Shown one piece after another: positions 40,101-46,093 of a stretch of 64,000 nucleotides of DNA. The position numbers were made by a program, and so were the translations under genes. The stretch is from Candidatus Kapaibacterium sp. (GTDB taxonomy: Bacteria > Bacteroidota > Ignavibacteria > Kapaibacteriales > UBA2268): assembly GCA_963665665.1 (NCBI GenBank), contig OY762428.1:3616001-3680000 (forward strand), read 5' to 3'. The notes beneath the pieces are model-generated. The model was not told the DNA's origin. It searched no databases and saw only the letters and a list, made by a program, of their open reading frames with translations. Position 1 is the first letter of the stretch. The number at the start of each line of letters is the position of its first letter.

Positions 40101-43070
40101 GAGACTTTTTATATTAATAATGACCTGATAATTGATAATATTAATACCTTTGAAACAAGAGGTAATACAATCGACCTGTCCGGAGACCTGTTAAATTCCG
40201 GTGTTTTCGATGCAATCAATTCTGCCGATGCAACAAGCCCCAGAATGCTTATACTTAGCGGTTCAAGCAATACTCAGACCCTATATAATGCTCAGGCAGG
40301 CGGCCTTGAGCTTTATAACCTCAGGGTAGATAAATTGGGGGGAGACGTTCTTCTTGGCCAGGCTCCCGGTGATAATTCTAATCTGCTAATAAGGAATATT
40401 CTTGAATTTACGAATGATAACTATTCTGTAATTGATTCAAGAACAAACGGGCTTTACGTGGAAATGGAACCCGATGCGGGTTCGGTTCCCCAGATAATCA
40501 GAAACGGACTGGGGCATATTTCCGGCAGGCTGTACAGGTATGTTGATACTGATGAACAAAGTGTTGCCTTTGCTGTTGGATCATCAACGGTAACCGAGTA
40601 CAGGCCTGTAGAATTTGAAACTGTTGGAAGCGGTGGAACAGCAGGTTTGGTGGGTGTTATAATGCATGATTTTGATCACCCGCGCCTTGGCGATGCTCTT
40701 GCCAAAACTGATAATAATATTCAGGTGTACTGGAATATTTCCGAAGGAACAGGCTTTGATCTTGATACAAGAACCTTTGATTTAAAAACTTATTTCCTGA
40801 ACCCGGAAGATATTCGCGGCGCTCAGTCTGATACACTGTTCTTCGGACATTTCCTTTACGAACCGCCATGCCCTGACCCTCCGGCAGTATGTCCGGGTGG
40901 CGGAACCTGGCATGAATTAATTTCAATTGATAAGGGGGCAAACTATGTGCGTTCCACTATCAATGACACATTCGGCGATGTAATGATAGCTGAAGCTGAC
41001 GGTGTAACATTTTACAGCATTAATGATGGTAACTGGAATAATGCAGCCAATTGGTCAACAGTCGGGTATGAAAGTGCTTCCAATCCTTACGGACGTTACC
41101 CCGGAGAGGCCGGTAATACAAGTGATAAGGCAAGGGTTGGTAACGATAAAAAGATTACAGTTCCTGTAGGTATACTTCCGAATGTAAGGACGTTGATTGT
41201 AGAAATGTATAACTCACAACCCGGAAAATTATATATTGAAGGTAATGTCGGGGCTGTAAGGGGAATATCCTTTGCTCTCAGGGACAGTTGTACTCTTGGC
41301 ATTATGCATCTGAACGGTATTGCTCAGAACGGGGTTACAGGTGGCGCCATTCTTATGGATACTCGTGAATATGGTGTTAGTAACTATGTATTTAATTCTA
41401 CTTTTGGTTCCCAGAACTCCGGTAAAGGCCTGCCCGATTCTGTTGCGGCAATAATTGTTGATAATCCGTCAGCGCCGACTAATAATGTTTTTGTTACAGC
41501 TTTCAATGCAGGTTATGACATTCGTGTAAGGGATTCGCTTTCCGTTTTGCAGGGAACTCTTAACTGTGGTAACAGGGACTTCCATCTTTATGGTGATTTC
41601 TCAATATTTGGAAACGGACTTTTTGAGCCTTTGGCTTCGAGTTTCGAGTTCAGCGGCCCCAACTCACATACAATCACTCTTGGGAATAACCAGGGCCTTT
41701 CTTTCTGGAATTGCAATGTCCGCTCGGATGCTGATGTTATTGTTGATCCTGTAACCGGATATGACACAACAACAGCACATATATATATGGAAAACAATCT
41801 GACATTCTCAGGTGATAATATATTTTACGTTCGCGATCAGTGGCGCAAGATTATTATGAGCAACACAGCAAATGTTGTTCAGTCAGTTGCCGATCAGGGC
41901 TATGTTGACGGTACTCTTCTGAAATATCTTGGCCCTAATGCTCTCACAGAATTTTTTGAGATAGGTAACGGAACGGCTTATACGCCTGTTCTTCTTACAC
42001 TCGATAATACCAGCGGAAATGGCACTGCCGGGCAGGTAGAAGCAATAAATATTGCACCCCTGCCTAATGACCCGTCCAATTACCCGGCTGTCGGGCACAG
42101 GATGGATACCGGGCGTTCCATTCCGCGCTACTGGCGCGTGATGCCGACTCCCGGTGGTTCATTTGCTATTGGTGGCCGTACAGCAAATGCACGCCTTCAC
42201 TTCCCCAATTCCGAACTTGGAATTATAAGTGTTCCGAATGCCGTTATCAGGCGGAGGTCGATTCCCACCGAGACGCCTGAATGGCATCAGCGCTCATATA
42301 CAACGCAGATAAACTGGGATGTTGTCAGCCCGACTTCCTGGGCGGAACTTCTTCCGGCAACACCGCCATGGGAAGGTATCGGCGAATTTTATATCGGCGA
42401 GAAATTTGACAGGACATTCTATAGTATAGCGGATGGTGTCTGGGCTGATAATAATACCTGGTCATTGGAATCTCATGACGGTATAGCGCCTCCTCCTGGT
42501 GTATATCCCAACCATGATGAAAACGAACAGGCTGATAACGTTGAAATAGGACTTACAAGCGCTTCCTATACTCACGTGGTTACTCTGGATGTTGACTCTC
42601 CTGATATTGATACGCTCAGGGTGCTTGGCAATTCTGAATTATATATGGATGCCAATACGATTAATTGTTACGATTGCCTGGCACTTAGCAAAGGACTTTT
42701 CCGATTCAGGGATAACGCCACGCTCAGCATTGGTGGTACGAACAATCCTAATGAACTTGTTTTGAAAAATTTCACTGCTTACGACTGGACGGATGCTGAG
42801 GGCAGCAACACAACAATAAAATTTACCGGTACAAATACAATTACTCAAAACCCTTTCGGTAATGCCACGGATATAGGGTATTTCGGCCATGTGGAAGTGG
42901 CCGAGCCGGGCGAGAAAGTTATTAACCAGGCTTTGCGTATTCAGGGGAACCTGCTGATAACAACCGGAGCAACTTTGAATGTTCAAAATATTGATGCATT
43001 GAAGGTAAATCGAAACGTTATCAACTCTGCCAGTTTGAATAATAACGGGGTGATCGAAATAGGCGAATAG
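31170..43070 (+). CDS. Giant (3966 aa) secreted beta-helix/Ig-like repeat protein with an inserted GEVED domain
   Basis: Signal peptide ending SEG-Q; six FYS..GxW..xW modules and six RYW-type beta-sandwich modules; WKIYVDWNYDGDFSD...GEVEDY; ends NNNGVIEIGE; no T9SS CTD. Confidence 0.85.
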   Translation: MKIVNRYTKLYIILSALILLFTVKSEGQIITLSPNATVSLKDGSVLQVNGGLEISSSAGLSQTGSGNIYISGDWTNNGGTFTPGSGTVTFLGSSNASINGTSLTEFYFLHILKNGVAGSDILTLIQNIQVNDDLLGEDGIFRINNGAVRSIEIFGDLIINSDGTFDLASTGSATHNLDLHGDVNNSGIIDLLGSSSVITSFVGVGNADVFGSGPTTEFSRITLSKTNPSDIVHIYPDNFNTQDQFLVLNTGVLRFGGTYSLTKSFFYSYASTPQIPSNVDLWIDNPNVTVTGQSGDLEIQGGLRLSNGTVNVGLASETAGGLIYSNGTGTPSLTVENGYLNINSELAKSAVASTIDFNQSGGEINIGVRGYLNTTHGMFDISSVGSEFIWTGGIIELNRTNRSVTFTDGDYIVGASSGTVTGGTLRIDAQESGNRVYEINTTQPVNEIFMTGTNDPVAQIINTDLTILDDLTIDGSGAGRFDANDYNINIGGDWFNNASTSFTAFAAGSGTVTFDGSADQLIGGTRSTTYNHVTVNKSAGDVILSNTDRETFIEGTLKLDPGSSGLAVIDLNQRDLIMGESASYVSNSGTSVFNFDTTKYIKNSESGGNYNGRLIKQTTSGITARTEMMFPVGTDTVYSPAEIVYLAGQATFGADAYTACKVIPIEHPRVEEPDISLMRYWQMATNDITLDSDLDGDVDVIFHYVGTDVAGNEGEYRVLFFSPSYPDPLGFWTVDPGGIGNDIVDFNNRMFYSLAVKKVDGDWLCGEEDAAQATYFSRQNGDYNDPDTWSKITFGGAASSTAPNKASDRVLIADNDTVTVTANPAEVDVCAVMEDGTLKIAGDYVFTGDTLRVDANGSLIIGNSDGVYLSPTAQGCVQTDFRIFNSNVIYTFIDAPVTKSGTGNALPTQLRSIVVDKSSGDTLLLEKQFAITDSLVLIDGALDVGSYSINGNSAGRTFSMYDGELIIRNQYPTNYLDNTFTAGRITFDGTGNATIPSSGSTPGVDQYYDLKISGQRDSTVITFQSAGQINIINDFDISTIVFTGGLSERFQTDGSTVNFAKSGGVQDIQCRPASPPDSIVNLEYFNLLITGTGTKQLYTAAGTPTFVVRNDLTLSSSTFSSNGYNLEVNGDWVNTGSLFDPGTDGVIMRSPVFSLTNTISSRDTSENPFYNLLIGGEGIVEPNDDLYVMNDFAIEANSNFSLSTTTFTLEGDWTNYGGSFSSASFSTVHFNGSSTQNMTKSDAGNEEFWDVFISNPNHVDATGIGTSSDNGFVINNYIELDGGNLITRGRHATSYGAIGRPGANPGHIDGELRKIMDTATTSEIFEVGYGSQYTPARLSFNGSGGSSGLVGVASDTITTATSPISWDNLNPDNILPAGSEMSLDKHVARQWTLSNPGGIFAIGSNRNYDFTGYFINPGDFRNGADPDYFELRLWNGSVWTAPDRFANPLTGTRNSDNSTYRMLEEFGTIILGEPDKYSFYSIYDANWGVNTSWSTQSYGGPASDIPPNTDCKVYIGDSKVITMEANKTNNGIVTIDTSGTLLCETYVLSGGVGSEFILGREGALGIGSADGIRASGAFGNIQTDSRDFNENTHNRGHFIYTSGLNQTQADEALPITIATLRVNKTSNTVTNNRSAIIITDSLHLENGTYEAGANISLLGNFYREDGSTFDPSTNSFTVEGTSGQFFTNSSTSLTIDFYNLQIEKEAGEGILTLNDNTPIKIENNLLFAPANESIIDGQGHSWNYVELPNGATLTRAGSGHIFGELRKYIPAGNTSDIDFEVGDTTFFTPLRFNFDDTGGTAGLIGVNSIQGAHPNMTDTDCPIDPARYIPRYWRTTRPGGSGFAVGTRSYTLRSTFIDPDDLGTIDHPTCTETGYWRGTTESWQALRPNTTNGNFAYACSDTRFILGDIDYDGSMTTNLANDIPSDSTLGSTYTFADGSLLLADYVVGNQNSGRTTIFYSRQDGDWTDPNTWSEDSYIGTASSRYPITQYDVAYIGNNRYVDLDANLGTNYLYSGVSNDYFGPAINVENTGELYLHNHVIRGVGFTAKKGSKVVIGSRDGITLSNTRGNIMSLTRTFEDSINVVYTAEGYTPRCKYGDQTGRNTQYYDVRDWYADSRYTERVTMQDASSDTIMDNQSGSDFRTRGYFYFADITATVTSGSQYRFFLEPDDNGSRRWKIYVDWNYDGDFSDSNEEWYDSYGSGTRNTGLLTVPASTNPGVTRIRVMNRYGSSDYNWYSRSLTGEVEDYTLVIINNTPAITQVTGDNLPDDLWSFEARAVRTAGGTIELGNDLRIRDSLLLTSGVFTVNGHDISLQGDFINDSTNNFIHDSQTITFYGSDNDTIRGTNPTDFYNIVIDKDSADVVLTHSTPDTDFYTTIENNLTFDSDTDFYLSNSSTITLLSSSNLNAGSGSFGRYRKFEVSGDTDAGIIEKQFTTAAGAKAFVFPVGIDTLYNPADLTLTGSYSGTPTINLQLHYGLHPARLDDNMLLKYWTVDLEDISSITANDFKFYWEDLDTNGVKDDYIPALHYSGGWEINLGIGPKALPSPIEITNSPLFEGDWTAGDANGFFNGRPFYSINTGDWDVPSNWSNISHVGPPSSYYPNQLYDHDSVYVDGYTITFNVDSSLVDLVDVGGTFGTNGELTFGSSPTEKKLTSSSTFTVYEDGILNGTTGSNRIDTLVLHGDFYNYAQSASSGIVELYSGANDYTVLKFDSPDSVSASGNTYIGGEGVWGDIGSYILDKNGGLADTLIVNSGTFADATVASPGDLVYYPEQGVLKLNVNNTLSVSNGNNPVQMSPFTGFDVAAGVVSSSSTLTTDVNTTIHVDGGDFLVGDAAGESLIYKTGTHFELIDGTLDIAGAFKKFNTNSLIDFSMTSVGAVRVLNQGVLSSSEIGFDITNASSSFSMDGGRIIIANGTVGANADFEVNAQNGTGMLGGEIQSGDGTTPGAAIIKIAGSMPVWDLHAVGNASTDVVTQITEETFYINNDLIIDNINTFETRGNTIDLSGDLLNSGVFDAINSADATSPRMLILSGSSNTQTLYNAQAGGLELYNLRVDKLGGDVLLGQAPGDNSNLLIRNILEFTNDNYSVIDSRTNGLYVEMEPDAGSVPQIIRNGLGHISGRLYRYVDTDEQSVAFAVGSSTVTEYRPVEFETVGSGGTAGLVGVIMHDFDHPRLGDALAKTDNNIQVYWNISEGTGFDLDTRTFDLKTYFLNPEDIRGAQSDTLFFGHFLYEPPCPDPPAVCPGGGTWHELISIDKGANYVRSTINDTFGDVMIAEADGVTFYSINDGNWNNAANWSTVGYESASNPYGRYPGEAGNTSDKARVGNDKKITVPVGILPNVRTLIVEMYNSQPGKLYIEGNVGAVRGISFALRDSCTLGIMHLNGIAQNGVTGGAILMDTREYGVSNYVFNSTFGSQNSGKGLPDSVAAIIVDNPSAPTNNVFVTAFNAGYDIRVRDSLSVLQGTLNCGNRDFHLYGDFSIFGNGLFEPLASSFEFSGPNSHTITLGNNQGLSFWNCNVRSDADVIVDPVTGYDTTTAHIYMENNLTFSGDNIFYVRDQWRKIIMSNTANVVQSVADQGYVDGTLLKYLGPNALTEFFEIGNGTAYTPVLLTLDNTSGNGTAGQVEAINIAPLPNDPSNYPAVGHRMDTGRSIPRYWRVMPTPGGSFAIGGRTANARLHFPNSELGIISVPNAVIRRRSIPTETPEWHQRSYTTQINWDVVSPTSWAELLPATPPWEGIGEFYIGEKFDRTFYSIADGVWADNNTWSLESHDGIAPPPGVYPNHDENEQADNVEIGLTSASYTHVVTLDVDSPDIDTLRVLGNSELYMDANTINCYDCLALSKGLFRFRDNATLSIGGTNNPNELVLKNFTAYDWTDAEGSNTTIKFTGTNTITQNPFGNATDIGYFGHVEVAEPGEKVINQALRIQGNLLITTGATLNVQNIDALKVNRNVINSASLNNNGVIEIGE

Positions 43071-43214
43071 CCTAACTTTATAGTATTAGTAGGAATATGA
43101 AAAAGAATTAATTGATAATTAGGTAGTATTACTGAAAAAGAATATAATAATATTGTCGTCTATTAATGTGAAGGAGTAGAAAATTTTTGATAAATTAAAA
43201 AGTTTTAATAAATT

Positions 43215-43259
43215 TAAGTAGTTATACTTATTGATGCTCAGGTTGCAATTGTGTAACTT
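43215..43259 (+). promoter_or_regulatory. Putative activator-dependent promoter: palindrome TAAGTA-N4-TACTTA abutting TTGATG-17-TAACTT
   Basis: Matches 26837-26881. A second, weaker box TAGGTA-N4-TACTGA lies at 43120-43135. Confidence 0.7.
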
Positions 43260-43340
43260 GCAGGGCAAACTGAAAGAAGCTATTGAAAAAATAAGTATTT
43301 ATAATAAATAAATAAAATTACTCATCTACGGAGGTTTATA

Positions 43341-45938
43341 ATGAAAAAACGGTATTTTTACAATTCTATGTTGTCCGCACTGGCAATGCTCATATTAGTT
43401 GGCATGAGCAGCGAGGCTTTCGGGCAGACATTTATTAACCAGGGATCTGGTCAGGTTACTAACAGCGGATGTTTTAAGTTCAACACCGCCAGTGGTGAAC
43501 TGCAGAACAATGTCGGGACTGGCGATGATACCCAGACGATAATCAATAACAGCAGCGGTACAATTACTTTCATGGGGCAGGTGGTTACACCAGTGTTCAC
43601 TGGAACCAACCCAATTGGTACGGATAACAACCTTGATCGTATTCAAGGTTCTGTTCGCTATATAAATGATGATGCCGGTGGAAATGTTTATCTTTATGGT
43701 TATGGTGGCGCGGCCGATGCCACATACTACACAAATTTGACTCTTGATGGCCAATCAGCCAAATGGATTCCTGATAATGTGTACGTTGGTGGTGCTTATG
43801 AAAACAACTATCTTACTTCAGGAAGTCGTTCTTATACTGGAACTTTCTACTATGATGGTTCAATTGCTCAGACAATTGCCCCTGAAAATTCTAATTCAGG
43901 TAATTTAAACAGATATAATAATATGGATTTGTCCGGTGGCGGTACAAAAACTATTGCTTATGATGGAACAAATCTTCAGGGTGAAGTATATGTGATTAAT
44001 GAAGTTAATCAGGATGCCACATCCGCATTAAATGTATATGATGACTTCTATGTTGGTCATGCAAGTGGTACCGGCGGTACTTTTGCAGGAAATGTAACAG
44101 TTGGACAGGGTGGCCAGGCTGGTAATATTGACATGGGATTTGGTGACTATGGATTTACCGGTACTAATGTAACAATTGCAAATGGTACCTTTGAACTTGT
44201 TGGAACAGGTAGTTCCTCCTTCAGCGCTGCTGTAGCAATTAACAGCGGTTCATTTACTGTTACTAATACAACCTCCGGCGATCCTTATGCGCTATTTGCC
44301 AGCACAGTTAATGTAGCTGACGGTGGTACGCTTGGTACACAGGATGGAGCAAATGGTGATATCGCTATTGGCACAGCAGGAAGTTTAACTTTAGCTAATG
44401 CTGCCGGTGCTGTTTTAAATCTTGGTACAGGTACTGATATGATAGTTACAGGTAGCTTTACTAACGGTTTGGCTGCCCGTACCAATATGACTTTCGGTGA
44501 CGGATCCAACATGATCTATAATGCTGCCGGAGCTCAGACTGTTGTAAGTACTGCTTCTACAAATCCTTATTCAAACTTGTTTGTTGAAGGTGGGGGTACC
44601 AAAACTCTGGATGCAAATACTAATCCGATGGCTTATGTTGATGATAACTTTGGTATTGGTACATCAACTTATGCCGGTAATGTTGCATTTACTTCAAATC
44701 AGTCCGGTACTTTCACATTTGATGATCTTACTGACTTTACATATAATGCACTTGTAATGAATACGGGAACTGCAACATACCAGGGAACTTCTGAAGTTGA
44801 AGGTAACTTCCGCCGTGGTTCTATAACCGGTAAATTAATGGCTGATGACCAGTTATATACATATAACAATACTGAAACACAGTTGGCATTTGCAAATGCA
44901 CCGGCATTAAATGATTATATGCAGCTTCATGTTGAAGGTGGGCAGTATCCGTCAACAACATATATTGATGCTCCTGATTTAGTCAATGATCCTAACGAAG
45001 ACGATGTCAATAGGCTTTGGGTAACTCATACTGGTTCAAGTGATGGTTCAGTAGAAATTAATACACTCCGCCTTGCATTCCTTGCTTCCGAAGCAACAGA
45101 TGTTGACAGAACAGTAATGCGCGCCCTTGAGGGTACTAATGTTTCTGACGGTAATGCCAATCGTGAGGAAAAACTTAACATGCATTATGCTGCCGGCCAA
45201 ACTAATGGTACAAGTGGCTCTTGGGAATATTTTCAGTTGACAACAACCGGTGATGCTACGCCTTCTCCTTTAGCAATGGTGGGAACAGGTGCATCTGCTG
45301 CTGCCTTGCAGCCAAGATATAGCTTCCAGAATCTTGGTCAGGGTTCAGCTATAGCTCTTACAGATATGGAAAACTATCTAATCACAATTGCAAACGGTCG
45401 TTGGTCTTCAGACGATACATGGGATGAAGGTCGTCCACCGATGTCAACAGAACATGCAATCGTCCGTCACCTCGTATTTACAGGTATGCAGGGTGCTAAC
45501 ATTCTCGGTTCTACCGGTGTGACGACGTCTGAGGCTGAGGTCAATGGTGTTACCACTGTTGGTGATGTTGTTTACCTTGCCAAGAGCGTTGAGATCACGA
45601 ACACTTCTTATTCTGGTGCCAATCCTAATAACGTAGCACTCGTGTTCAACAATATTGATACAGATGCTGATGCTGGTGCGGTTAACCCGGCAAATGCAGT
45701 CTTCGCATTTGGTCAGGGTACACAGACGAATCCTGGTATGGTTAATAATAACGATGATCCCGGAACTCTTTGGGGTAATAATATTGCTAACTTAACATCT
45801 TATAATGGATTACAGGGTGTTTATACTATGGAATCAGAGTCTCCTGGTTCAAGGACAAATGCCGTCAGAGGTTACCAGATTACTAATAATGGTCGCTTCG
45901 TAATCGGTGCAAATTCTTGTGCTGAGGTTGGCGAGTAA
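43341..45938 (+). CDS. Secreted beta-helix protein, candidate major filament subunit
   Basis: Strong SD ggaggt; signal peptide ending AFG-Q; one RYW-like module (VNRLW) and one GRW..TW module; ends ANSCAEVGE; only two Cys. Confidence 0.8.
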   Translation: MKKRYFYNSMLSALAMLILVGMSSEAFGQTFINQGSGQVTNSGCFKFNTASGELQNNVGTGDDTQTIINNSSGTITFMGQVVTPVFTGTNPIGTDNNLDRIQGSVRYINDDAGGNVYLYGYGGAADATYYTNLTLDGQSAKWIPDNVYVGGAYENNYLTSGSRSYTGTFYYDGSIAQTIAPENSNSGNLNRYNNMDLSGGGTKTIAYDGTNLQGEVYVINEVNQDATSALNVYDDFYVGHASGTGGTFAGNVTVGQGGQAGNIDMGFGDYGFTGTNVTIANGTFELVGTGSSSFSAAVAINSGSFTVTNTTSGDPYALFASTVNVADGGTLGTQDGANGDIAIGTAGSLTLANAAGAVLNLGTGTDMIVTGSFTNGLAARTNMTFGDGSNMIYNAAGAQTVVSTASTNPYSNLFVEGGGTKTLDANTNPMAYVDDNFGIGTSTYAGNVAFTSNQSGTFTFDDLTDFTYNALVMNTGTATYQGTSEVEGNFRRGSITGKLMADDQLYTYNNTETQLAFANAPALNDYMQLHVEGGQYPSTTYIDAPDLVNDPNEDDVNRLWVTHTGSSDGSVEINTLRLAFLASEATDVDRTVMRALEGTNVSDGNANREEKLNMHYAAGQTNGTSGSWEYFQLTTTGDATPSPLAMVGTGASAAALQPRYSFQNLGQGSAIALTDMENYLITIANGRWSSDDTWDEGRPPMSTEHAIVRHLVFTGMQGANILGSTGVTTSEAEVNGVTTVGDVVYLAKSVEITNTSYSGANPNNVALVFNNIDTDADAGAVNPANAVFAFGQGTQTNPGMVNNNDDPGTLWGNNIANLTSYNGLQGVYTMESESPGSRTNAVRGYQITNNGRFVIGANSCAEVGE

Positions 45939-45954
45939 ATCCAATTTGTTTTAT

Positions 45955-46023
45955 TCAGGAGGAGGTTCTCCTCCTCCTGATATTATTAAATTTTAAAAAA
46001 GGAAAACGAGTTGTTTTCCTTTT
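45955..46023 (+). terminator. Intergenic hairpins (terminator or mRNA-stabilising)
   Basis: tcaggaggagg-ttct-cctcctcctga (45955-45980) and aaggaaaac...gttttcctt (~45999-46021). Confidence 0.7.
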
Positions 46024-46093
46024 ACTCGGAAAAGTAAACATGTAGGTTAATAAACATTAATGATAATATCATTTAGAGTAAATATAAAATAAC

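Noticed and set aside
31170-45938. Autotransporter, two-partner secretion or CDI/RHS toxin locus
   Set aside because: No C-terminal barrel, TPS domain, TpsB gene, RHS/YD core, toxin tip or immunity gene.
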